This document shows, piece after piece, positions 51,768-60,398 of a stretch of 64,000 bases of DNA. Numbering within the stretch: position 1 is the stretch's first letter; the number at the start of each line of letters is the position of its first letter. This DNA comes from Perkinsus chesapeaki ATCC PRA-425 (Eukaryota > Protista > Perkinsozoa). The position numbers and the translations under genes are program-made. The stretch lies in contig JAAPAO010000049.1 in the NCBI GenBank assembly GCA_013115145.1, forward strand, positions 1-64,000, in the 5' to 3' direction. The notes under the pieces were generated by a model, which did no database searches, had not been told where the DNA came from, and saw nothing but the letters and a program-made list of their open reading frames with translations.

Positions 51768-53000
51768 TTACGCGCACAGCTCCTTTATAGCCGCATACAC
51801 ACCGAATCCAGAACCTATTACAGAGATGAACATCAGAAAACAAAGGAAAAGCGTAAATGCAATCCATTTAGGAGATCCAAAAATCTTCTCGCCTTTCAAA
51901 TGAGAAAGGCGTAGATAGAAAACTGATGGATAAATATTGTGGATTAGCGAGAAACAAATAGACCCAAGTAGATTGATAAGAGCTGAGAAGCTTGGAACAA
52001 ATATCGCTACCAGAACGGTAACGGCGACTAGGCAACTTCTAAGCAAGACCGATCTCACAATCTGATTACTCTTGATACCAACCCATTCCTCAAATATTCT
52101 GCACGCCGGATTCATCATAACAACATAATGTGTGGCACAGACTATAAGTATACCGACAATGCAAGTTGTAGCAACTGCAGAGTTATTACCAGGGACTGGT
52201 GCCATAGCAGTAATGATAGTATCAAAATGCAATAGCTCTTGTCCCCAACCAATATACCCTGCTAATGATGCTAATAAGAATAGCATGATTAGACAGATAA
52301 AAGATACCAAAAGGACCTTCGATTGTGCTTCAGGATGTTGCATATCCTTTAGAATAGTAGTGGTAGTACTCGTTACCGCATAAGAAAACGTCAACGTAGA
52401 AAACGTTGTACCGAGCCCAACTATCGAAATTGGAGCTGCCCGGTACGGTACGGCTTCTGTAGTCTCGACTCGCTCCTGGACACCCGCAATTATAATCATG
52501 ATCAAGACCACGACAACCGCCGCCACGCCCACAGTACCACTGAAATAACCAACTTGTTTCATAGTCCGCAGACAAGCTAATGGTAGCATTATAGCCGTCC
52601 ATATCAGTATCCAATACGTTTGGCTTATCTCTGGGGCTAGGAGAACAGAGTTCTGTCCCAATAGTAACATGAGTAGGCATCCAGTGCCCACAAGGGCAAC
52701 ATTTAATGCGATAGTAACCGCCATCATTCCCGGATATCCGAACGCATCCCGTCCAATATCCTCATAATTACGAGTACAGGGGTTCATACATTTCCGAAGC
52801 AAATGGGCGTCCAGTAGACCCTCCGCCCCACATGCTACCAGAAGGATAAACCCTAGAACGTACCCGGCTTGAGCTATCGCTCCTGGGAGACCAAGCAGAC
52901 CAACACCGATACCGGTGAGAATTATATTCACTATGGCCGAAAAATTCGACTGACCGGTTTCTTCTACCGAAATCTTACTGGTTTCCGATGATATTGACAT
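51768..53000 (-). CDS. Amino acid transporter, AAAP family (copy 4), intronless
   Basis: MSISSET...GIGVGLLGLPGAIAQAG...RNYEDIG...KDMQHP; multi-TM. Confidence 0.93.
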   Translation of the reverse strand: MSISSETSKISVEETGQSNFSAIVNIILTGIGVGLLGLPGAIAQAGYVLGFILLVACGAEGLLDAHLLRKCMNPCTRNYEDIGRDAFGYPGMMAVTIALNVALVGTGCLLMLLLGQNSVLLAPEISQTYWILIWTAIMLPLACLRTMKQVGYFSGTVGVAAVVVVLIMIIIAGVQERVETTEAVPYRAAPISIVGLGTTFSTLTFSYAVTSTTTTILKDMQHPEAQSKVLLVSFICLIMLFLLASLAGYIGWGQELLHFDTIITAMAPVPGNNSAVATTCIVGILIVCATHYVVMMNPACRIFEEWVGIKSNQIVRSVLLRSCLVAVTVLVAIFVPSFSALINLLGSICFSLIHNIYPSVFYLRLSHLKGEKIFGSPKWIAFTLFLCFLMFISVIGSGFGVYAAIKELCA

Positions 53001-53444
53001 AATAAAGGAAGTAACGTAACTGAATCTAGAAGAGGTGCAAATGTGTAAACGCCCAGCAAAAGTAATGCGGCAAATGCAATGGAACGCCATCACACAAACG
53101 ACAACGAATAAGCCCGCAGCCTAGTGTTCAAATGTGTACAAGGCTTTTAGCTAAGGAAAATCCATTGTATTCTCAGGACACAAATATATGAGCTGGCAAG
53201 GCAGCTCTCCGAAACCTGATGGTCTTCGAAGGATCTAGACAAACACCTGGTAATATTTAACGCGAACACGGGTTCCCACCAGCCCCAATGCTACTGGCAC
53301 TGCAAACGGAACCGCATTGGAAGAGGAGCGTCACCGTGCAACTCACACGTCAATCTCGCGCGCCTCGAATATAGGATTTAACAGCGCTACTTCCATCTCG
53401 CTCGCCTGAAACTATCATATGTATTGTCACGGAAATCTTAAGGA

Positions 53445-53693
53445 TGATGGGATTCGCCATAACTGGTAACTCAATGCCGCTAGGCGCAAGTAAAACTAGC
53501 TACAAATGATCTTATACTCAACTATCTTCAGATCTATATCATCTAGATACCCATTATCGAAGGCCACGGTTACAATATTGGGCGAGCGAGATCTAATAAT
53601 AGTCCCAGGAAACCAATGCCGACGGTTGACACCGTTTAGCATAATATAAGCGACCGATATCCGCTGGCCAATCATGAGACTGGGAGTCTCATC
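53445..53693 (-). repeat. 3' LTR (249 bp)
   Basis: Direct repeat of 60150-60398; overlaps the last ~200 nt of the integrase ORF. Confidence 0.95.
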
Positions 53694-55409
53694 GCGCCCC
53701 CCTTGTGGGCCTCCACAAGCATCAGACGGGATCTTCCATTGCACCGCATCCAAGCGTATCATAACAGGGGTATTGTCATTACCATCCAAGAACCATACCC
53801 ATAGTTTATTGGAATAATCGCAAGGATCGTATGTCACTCTAGCGGATCGCCAAGCGGAAGTGGAGTCCATTTTAACATCAATATACATACCTTCTCGAGA
53901 AACAACAGCAGAACCATCGCACGGATAAGGGTACAACATAACAATATTGTAAAGGTTCTCGGTAGTGACCAAGCCATTTGCCAACCTTACTTTGACACGC
54001 CGTCCCGAGATGCACTCGATGATATGGCCCATCCGAAAACTCATACCGAGCTTACGGCCTCCCATATAGACCAAAACACAATCTCCAGGACGAAAGGTGC
54101 CTCGGACTTTACCGTCGCAAGCAGTAGATCGGCATTTCTGAGCAACAGCGGTGAGGGAACGGTCTTTGAGATCACGCCACAGCCACTGCATAAAACAGTT
54201 CCTAACCGCGCGAACGCGATTGGGACACAACGACTCGTGACCATTAGCAGATTCTTGGACCGCCTCGACACAGCCCCGCGACCGAGTACGGCCACAGTGC
54301 AAACTATCTGGAGTGATGATATCGGCGCCTTCCTCAGAAACATAGAAGCTGCCCAGAGGGCGAGTGTTCAGCAGTAACATTACCTCCTCCAGTAGCTCAT
54401 CCTGCGCGTCCGCATTCTCCGGCCAACGCCCCGCAGTATGGCGCAACATCACTCGCAAACGGTCACTAGCAATGCCGTGAAGCTTCTCGGATCCGAGCTC
54501 CCAAGGCGCCCGGCTGGAAATCAGCTCGACCCGAGCATTGATCTCAGAGCTGACTTTAGAGACAAAATTCTCCTCAGTCCGGAAATAACTAGCACGATCA
54601 CACACCACGATAGCAACGGAACCAGTGCGTAACTTGAGCAATCGAAGAACACGGAGAGCTTCACGAGCGGTCTCGCTAGAGACTCTAAAAAGGCTTATGT
54701 GCTTACTATACAAACAGCAAGCCGACATAACTTTCCATTTATCCCCCACCGAGTAGAAGTCTATAGCAACCTTATAGTAAGTAGGCATCCTCGCCAGGAA
54801 TGTTTCATCGGAGTGACCAACAGAAGGAAGCTGTGTCCAATCCCGTCTCGCACGCAGGATCTTACAAACGTGGCACTGAGCCACTAGGTCCTTCATTTGC
54901 CGGCCACAACCATCCATATGAAACATAGTACACCGCGACAAAGAATCTCGCACCCCAGCATGTCGACAAGCTCGATGGCCATCAAGAAGAATCTTTCGCC
55001 TCACAGAATCTGCTGCCCTAGGTATAACATAACGGAGGACTTGAGTACCATAGGGACTACCCGAGCGAAAGACAACTAAACCATCAGCATCGCACAATAA
55101 GGGGCCACACGCGGGACCTTTGCCAGCTCGAATCTCCTGACATCGCACATCATCAGCTTGAGCATTTGCCACTACAACTTTACGATCGTCATCACTAAAC
55201 ATATGGGGGTATTCCAGACCATTGGCCTCTCCGCCCCCCTTGACATTCCACTTTAATAGGTGAATGACAAAACGTAAGGCTTTAAACGAATGACAAATAG
55301 CATCAAAGCTGAACGACTGCTTAGCCACACGATTAGACAGACTTGTCGTCTCATCAGACCGATCAGTCTCAGCAAACCGAATGTAGTCCTCGACCAGTTG
55401 GTCAACCAA
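53496..55409 (-). CDS. Integrase region: HHCC, DDE core, SH3-like (DUF5641-type) domain, two Tudor-like domains
   Basis: GHRACRHAG...CHVC; AIDFY / VCDRASYF / APWELGSEKL; FRPGDCVLVY; GMYIDV...WRSARV...WVWFLDG; GQRISV...WFPGTII...VAFDNG. No ATG start; overlaps pol in the -1 frame. Confidence 0.9.
   Translation of the reverse strand: MVDQLVEDYIRFAETDRSDETTSLSNRVAKQSFSFDAICHSFKALRFVIHLLKWNVKGGGEANGLEYPHMFSDDDRKVVVANAQADDVRCQEIRAGKGPACGPLLCDADGLVVFRSGSPYGTQVLRYVIPRAADSVRRKILLDGHRACRHAGVRDSLSRCTMFHMDGCGRQMKDLVAQCHVCKILRARRDWTQLPSVGHSDETFLARMPTYYKVAIDFYSVGDKWKVMSACCLYSKHISLFRVSSETAREALRVLRLLKLRTGSVAIVVCDRASYFRTEENFVSKVSSEINARVELISSRAPWELGSEKLHGIASDRLRVMLRHTAGRWPENADAQDELLEEVMLLLNTRPLGSFYVSEEGADIITPDSLHCGRTRSRGCVEAVQESANGHESLCPNRVRAVRNCFMQWLWRDLKDRSLTAVAQKCRSTACDGKVRGTFRPGDCVLVYMGGRKLGMSFRMGHIIECISGRRVKVRLANGLVTTENLYNIVMLYPYPCDGSAVVSREGMYIDVKMDSTSAWRSARVTYDPCDYSNKLWVWFLDGNDNTPVMIRLDAVQWKIPSDACGGPQGGRDETPSLMIGQRISVAYIMLNGVNRRHWFPGTIIRSRSPNIVTVAFDNGYLDDIDLKIVEYKIICS
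53697..53704 (-). promoter_or_regulatory. Polypurine tract (AAGGGGGG)
   Basis: Purine run 3 nt before the 3' LTR on the element strand. Confidence 0.7.
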
Positions 55410-58177
55410 GGGCTACATTCGGTTTCATGACCAACTTGGTCATGAACCTCATCGTTCACAGAAACTAGATATGAGACTTTATCAACAAGTGGCTGCTCAT
55501 AATGGGGTTGCCACTCAGAGTCTAGAGGATCTTCTGTGTGGTCGAAGATTGCCCAGGCATTGCTGCCTCGCATAGGATCACGAGCAACCTCTTCGTCAAG
55601 ACCACCTTCGTCACACAAACACTGATGTAACGATAATCCAGACGCAACCAATCGCGCCTCAAAGACTCTTGAAAGTAAGTCTGCCTCGTCGTTGCGGGAA
55701 CCCTCGATGTGATGAACAGAGACATCTGAGAGCTCACGCATTCGTGATAACTCAGCCAGTAATCCACTCACTAACCTGGATAATACTCGGCGCTCGACCC
55801 CCCGAGACTCTTTGAGGAGATCAGCGCTATCGCAGGAAGTGGCCCACCGGACACATGACAGATTATCACAATAGATCTCAACCTTGATGCGACCCTCAAC
55901 ACTTGTGGTAGATGAGACTCCAGTAACACTTTGCCTGTACTCGAGGAAGTCGACAATCATCTGAGTCATCCTTAAAAGGACAACCAACTCGCGACGATTC
56001 GAGTGCCAGTTTACCTCGCTCTTCTTAAATCGGTAGACTTCACTGAAGAGACGAGTGGCGTCAGCAAAGGCTACAATACCACCACCAGATGAAGACGCAT
56101 CGCAGTAGCAACGGAGAACGATCGGGCTGGCTTCGATTGGCCTAACCTCGGAAGTGTGCCGGCAGGTTTCCCTAACCAGCTCTTCCATCCAATCTAGCAT
56201 ACACCGGAAAGCCGCATAAGCATTGTCGGTCAGACGAGAAAGATCAATCTGGGTGTCCCAAGGCTCTCTGTGAAAACATCGAGCAATAAGCGACCGGATA
56301 GCATCGCCACAACCCCTAGCATATGGGTGTTGCTTCCCAGGGTCGTAGCTTAGACACCCACCGGCCTTGAAAACATCAATCTTGCTGACCTGAGCTGTCG
56401 TGCGACAACGCTCAATGAACGAAACCACCACAGCCAATCGTTTCTCTCGTTGACATGTCAATACTATTAAACTGCTCTCGTAACGGACTCGCATGCCGAG
56501 GAAGGAACCCTCGCTAGCAACAGCGATCTCGACACCGCATTCAGAGAGCAACGAAAGTAGTTGATGCTGTTTGTCTTCTGTAACCATTATGAACACTTTC
56601 CGCATCTGTACATCAAACCCCGCCCGAAGGAGGAGACATAACAGCAACTTGAACATAAAGACGACCACGCGGATGGTTCCGGAGATGGCCATATCATCCA
56701 CAAACAACATCAACATCAACGTCCAGAGCTGTTGCAAAAGCAAAGCACACAGCTGCTGGATTCGGTGAAAATCTATAGACCGGGCAGAGCATACCAACCG
56801 ACCAAGAGAGCCAGAGAGCCCACAGGGCCCAAAGACCACTCCGAAACATAAACGGCATGAGGCAAACAATTCACCGGTCCCTGACCGAAGGTGTAAAACG
56901 TTGTTCACACATCGGCATTTGTAAAAGGCTGCCCGAGCATCCAGAAGGAAGGTACACTCTCTGGACTCTGCTCGCAGTAATGCGATAGGGTGAAATAACA
57001 ATGGCACATCACTGCTAGCGGGCGGTAACGCCTTATTTACACAACGGAAATCCACGACCAAACGGCTTTTGCGAGAGGTAGTTGGTGGTATGAGAAAAAC
57101 CTGAGCGGCTGCTGCCGACTCGCCGACCCCCTTCACGGAGCACTCAGTACTCGAGGTCGGGATCCACCAACGAGAAAGGACATACTCTTGAACTAGCCGG
57201 CGATACTCGCTTTTTAAAGGATCACTCAAGCGAGAATATAACGACGCCGCATAGGAACGACCTTTCTCCTGTACCGTCTTGGGTGTTGGAACCCAGATCT
57301 CACAAACATGAGTCTGCTCCACGACATCCGTCGTTTCACAAGGAGCGAGCTCACGAACCCTGCTCTTGTAAGCACCGTTGGTCTTAGGGATAACCTTCCA
57401 CCCTTCATGGACAACTTGGCTCAGGATTTCATCGACAATACCTGACTCGTGCGGTTGAAGATCGGCACGAAGAACTCGGTCAGGCTTGCTCGGAACGGTC
57501 GATGATGAATCCACACAACCATGAGTGGTAGAAATAAAACCTTCATCCTTGTAGTCACCGATGTTATTTAGGACATCTATATCTAGCTCTACGACTTGTG
57601 CTACTGAGCCTAGACCACCGAATTCTTCGGGAGAGTCACTCTGACGGTAAACACACTCCCCACCGACATGCATATAGGTCGCTCCTCGAGACTCTAACCC
57701 CCACTCTTCGATAAGCTGTCGGCCAGCAAGGACCAATAACTCATCGTTAGGAACAACACCAGGAGATGGGAGTATACGGAGCTCACAGTCGACGAATTCG
57801 GATACCAAGGTTCTAGACTCAAAGCCGTAGACAGCTATTTTACAATCAATCTGATGCTGGATGGCCACTCTCTGACCGTTCGCCATGGCAACGAGGGTGC
57901 TACCCCCGGTACCATTAACCGAACAGCCAATAGCATCAAGAGCCACTATGGCTTTATCTACACTTGATACTAATAAATAAGGCCGGCCAGCACCGGAATC
58001 TACTACGCATCGTGCCTCCAAGAATGGAGAATCAGATGCAAAACGTGCAGGACTAATTCGCACCCTCAAAGACATCTCGGGTGGTACAGGAGTTAAAAGG
58101 GAAATAACATCAAAAATAGAAGAAGTCGGATGTCCGAGAGCTAATGTATCACTAGGCACATCGCCCTCATCATTCAT
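55253..58177 (-). CDS. Pol: aspartic protease, reverse transcriptase, RNase H
   Basis: VVDSGAG (PR); RLVVDFRCVN, LLDARAAFY, RLCFGV, LFVDD (RT); YCDASS, RRELVV, YCDN, HIEGSRNDEADLLSR (RH). Confidence 0.93.
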   Translation of the reverse strand: MNDEGDVPSDTLALGHPTSSIFDVISLLTPVPPEMSLRVRISPARFASDSPFLEARCVVDSGAGRPYLLVSSVDKAIVALDAIGCSVNGTGGSTLVAMANGQRVAIQHQIDCKIAVYGFESRTLVSEFVDCELRILPSPGVVPNDELLVLAGRQLIEEWGLESRGATYMHVGGECVYRQSDSPEEFGGLGSVAQVVELDIDVLNNIGDYKDEGFISTTHGCVDSSSTVPSKPDRVLRADLQPHESGIVDEILSQVVHEGWKVIPKTNGAYKSRVRELAPCETTDVVEQTHVCEIWVPTPKTVQEKGRSYAASLYSRLSDPLKSEYRRLVQEYVLSRWWIPTSSTECSVKGVGESAAAAQVFLIPPTTSRKSRLVVDFRCVNKALPPASSDVPLLFHPIALLRAESRECTFLLDARAAFYKCRCVNNVLHLRSGTGELFASCRLCFGVVFGPCGLSGSLGRLVCSARSIDFHRIQQLCALLLQQLWTLMLMLFVDDMAISGTIRVVVFMFKLLLCLLLRAGFDVQMRKVFIMVTEDKQHQLLSLLSECGVEIAVASEGSFLGMRVRYESSLIVLTCQREKRLAVVVSFIERCRTTAQVSKIDVFKAGGCLSYDPGKQHPYARGCGDAIRSLIARCFHREPWDTQIDLSRLTDNAYAAFRCMLDWMEELVRETCRHTSEVRPIEASPIVLRCYCDASSSGGGIVAFADATRLFSEVYRFKKSEVNWHSNRRELVVLLRMTQMIVDFLEYRQSVTGVSSTTSVEGRIKVEIYCDNLSCVRWATSCDSADLLKESRGVERRVLSRLVSGLLAELSRMRELSDVSVHHIEGSRNDEADLLSRVFEARLVASGLSLHQCLCDEGGLDEEVARDPMRGSNAWAIFDHTEDPLDSEWQPHYEQPLVDKVSYLVSVNDEVHDQVGHETECSPWLTNWSRTTFGLLRLIGLMRRQVCLIVWLSSRSALMLFVIRLKPYVLSFTY

Positions 58178-58192
58178 CCCTTCTAGTTTCCC
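58128..58192 (-). promoter_or_regulatory. Programmed -1 ribosomal frameshift signal (G GGA AAC + 6-nt spacer + hairpin)
   Basis: The heptamer immediately precedes the gag TAG; a -1 shift reads GGG AAA CTA GAA GGG ATG into pol. Downstream stems GGATG/CATCC, GAGGGC/GCTCTC, ATGTG/TACAT. Confidence 0.8.
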
Positions 58193-60165
58193 GAACCAGA
58201 CTTCTCGCCGCTCTTAACCATTGGGTCGCTCTTGTGGTTACCACTTTCGTCATCTTTCTTGACAAGGTCTTCTATTTCCCATACTCGGAATTTTCCAGAT
58301 GGGAGAGAGGATACACTAGATAACCCGCCCTCTCGGTTGTGATAACCAACGATATAATAAGTACGACCGTAACGGTTATGACGAGAAAGAACGCCATCTG
58401 GTTTACACATAGATATCATCTCCTGCTTATTCCTGCAACCATAACCAGTCACGCCAAACGCCGCTGCGTACCGACCACAAAACTCTCTGAAGGCTGACCT
58501 CGATTTTCCACCTTGGTCGCTAGATTGGTTTTGCTTATCGGTGCCGGGGACACCATGAATGGCCCCGACAGAGTCATTGATTGGCGGTGACCTTTGAGGA
58601 ATAATGCTGTTTGTCTCTTCCATAAGTCTGGCCTCGCTGCGGATGTACTCCACGATAGTGTCCTGAACAAATGGACCAGTGCAATGAAGAGGGACAGCAC
58701 TTTCCCAATCGCTGTCTGATGATGCTTTTTGTTTACAGCGACGGATCACACCCTGGACCATATCTCTCGGCAACTTGGATAGAATTTGCCTCACGAACTG
58801 GATCAACTGGGCATCGGTGGATCCTGCGCTATAAACCACGCGATAAATCTCGCAAGCCGCAACCACTTCCTTCAAATATGAATCGATGTCCCTGGCGGAC
58901 TTGAACTTGAGTCCAGAGACAATGGAAGTGAGTTTCTCCACGAGAACACTCCTGCGAGCATGAACAGCCATACATGCCTGCTTTATAGCAGTCCAATCAT
59001 TCCCATTGGTATTGTAAGTCCTCTTGGCAGTATCAAGAACATCAGGACACTTCTCTAAAGTGTTGAGGAATTTTTGGACACAGGCATGCTTTAGACCAAA
59101 ATGGGGTTGAAAGTTACCGTTCTCGTCATAAAAACCACCACCAGCCTCATATAAAACTTCTTCAATCCTCAGCGCATGCTGGGCAAACTCATGGCTCTTG
59201 CCCAACGATTGAGTAGCAATTTTTCCAACATCTGCAGATTCGCACTTCTTGGGAAGATTCTGAACATTCACTCTTGGAGCTTCGACATTGGACGCTGAGT
59301 CGCCCGGGTACACATCACGCTGATGATCAGGGGAAGCTGATAACATAAGAGCCCTTGAAGCTTGGCTAGACTGGTGATAACTCATTGCCGATGCCCCAAC
59401 TGCTATTACCGGAGATCCGCTAGGATCTATTGGTAAAGCTACTGGTTGCAAGGAACCCGGTAGAGGGACACCTTGCTGAATAGGAGCTTGATGAGGAACA
59501 GCTGGTCTATGAAACACTTGTTGGGGAACACTTTGTTGAAGAGCAGCTTGTTGATAAACAGCTTGTTGATGAAAGACTTGTTGTGCCGGAAGACTGTAAC
59601 GATCCTGTTGTGACACTGCTGAACGTGCTTGAAGTTCTCCACTTCGTCTCGATAAGGTAGAATGAACACTATCAATACGACCTTGATTGAGCACTTGTTG
59701 AGTAGCACTGCTCGGGGCAGGTGGTGTAACGTATTGACGAATTATACCAGAGTTCGAAGAGGAAACTCTAGAGGCATTTGACCGTCCCAATGCTTGGGAA
59801 TTTAACTCGGTCAACTGATCATGCCTCAACTCCAAGGCTATCACGTATGCGCCAGCTTCTTCTAGAACAGCTCGGAGATCAGCTTCTTGCTCTGCGAGAG
59901 TATCACAAACCCTCTCATCATCTTCACTCACAATAATAATGTTATTAAGTCTCTCAACAACATCACGCAACTTCGATCGAATCTTGCCTCTGTGAATCCT
60001 TGCCTTCTTAAGTTCTTCTCGCAAAGATTCTGGGGAGTCGAATAAGGCGGCTGACTCGATGAACGACGGCCTTCGAATAAGAACAGACGGGCGTTCTTGT
60101 ACGCCAGCCGCAGACCCTTCTATCGGGTTCGGATGTGTAGGTGTCGCCATGATGGGATTCGCCAT
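58183..60165 (-). CDS. Gag-like protein of the retrotransposon (660 aa)
   Basis: First ORF after the 5' LTR, with its ATG inside the LTR end. N-terminal coiled coil, Q-rich repeats, helical capsid-like middle; no CCHC knuckle seen. Confidence 0.8.
   Translation of the reverse strand: MANPIMATPTHPNPIEGSAAGVQERPSVLIRRPSFIESAALFDSPESLREELKKARIHRGKIRSKLRDVVERLNNIIIVSEDDERVCDTLAEQEADLRAVLEEAGAYVIALELRHDQLTELNSQALGRSNASRVSSSNSGIIRQYVTPPAPSSATQQVLNQGRIDSVHSTLSRRSGELQARSAVSQQDRYSLPAQQVFHQQAVYQQAALQQSVPQQVFHRPAVPHQAPIQQGVPLPGSLQPVALPIDPSGSPVIAVGASAMSYHQSSQASRALMLSASPDHQRDVYPGDSASNVEAPRVNVQNLPKKCESADVGKIATQSLGKSHEFAQHALRIEEVLYEAGGGFYDENGNFQPHFGLKHACVQKFLNTLEKCPDVLDTAKRTYNTNGNDWTAIKQACMAVHARRSVLVEKLTSIVSGLKFKSARDIDSYLKEVVAACEIYRVVYSAGSTDAQLIQFVRQILSKLPRDMVQGVIRRCKQKASSDSDWESAVPLHCTGPFVQDTIVEYIRSEARLMEETNSIIPQRSPPINDSVGAIHGVPGTDKQNQSSDQGGKSRSAFREFCGRYAAAFGVTGYGCRNKQEMISMCKPDGVLSRHNRYGRTYYIVGYHNREGGLSSVSSLPSGKFRVWEIEDLVKKDDESGNHKSDPMVKSGEKSGSGN
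60132..60149 (-). promoter_or_regulatory. Putative primer-binding site (TGGCGACACC...)
   Basis: TGG starts immediately after the LTR-terminal CA; implies a primer tRNA ending GUGUCGCCA (G73). Cognate tRNA not identified. Confidence 0.55.
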
Positions 60166-60398
60166 AACTGGTAACTCAATGCCGTTAGGCGCAAGTAAAA
60201 CTAACTACAAATGATCTTATACTCAACTATCTTCAGATCTATATCATCTAGATACCCATTATCGAAGGCCACGGTTACAATATTGGGCGAGCGAGATCTA
60301 ATAATAGTCCCAGGAAACCAATGCCGACGGTTGACACCGTTTAGCATAATATAAGCGACCGATATCCGCTGGCCAATCATGAGACTAGGAGTCTCATC
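60150..60398 (-). repeat. 5' LTR (249 bp)
   Basis: Direct repeat of 53445-53693. Confidence 0.95.
60201..60380 (-). CDS. LTR-internal 59-aa ORF encoding a single Tudor-like domain (uORF of gag)
   Basis: ATG at 60380 to TAG at 60201-60203: MIGQRISVAYIMLNGVNRRHWFPGTIIRSRSPNIVTVAFDNGYLDDIDLKIVEYKIICS*. Translation is unproven. Confidence 0.45.
   Translation of the reverse strand: MIGQRISVAYIMLNGVNRRHWFPGTIIRSRSPNIVTVAFDNGYLDDIDLKIVEYKIICS

Larger units (their letters stand above)
53445..60398 (-). mobile_element. Full-length BEL/Pao-like LTR retrotransposon (gag, PR-RT-RH, IN), 6954 bp
   Basis: 249-bp direct repeats at 53445-53693 and 60150-60398 with 3 substitutions; flanking AGGA duplication (53441-53444, 60399-60402); PBS-like TGGCGACACC; purine tract AAGGGGGG; domain order PR-RT-RH-IN; BEL-like integrase motifs (APW, LLNTRPL, IITPDSLHCG, PGDCVLV). 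Confidence 0.93.

Noticed and set aside
60132-60149. PBS primed by the adjacent tRNA-Met
   Set aside because: That tRNA would need a PBS of TGGTGCGGCCT; the observed sequence is TGGCGACACC.
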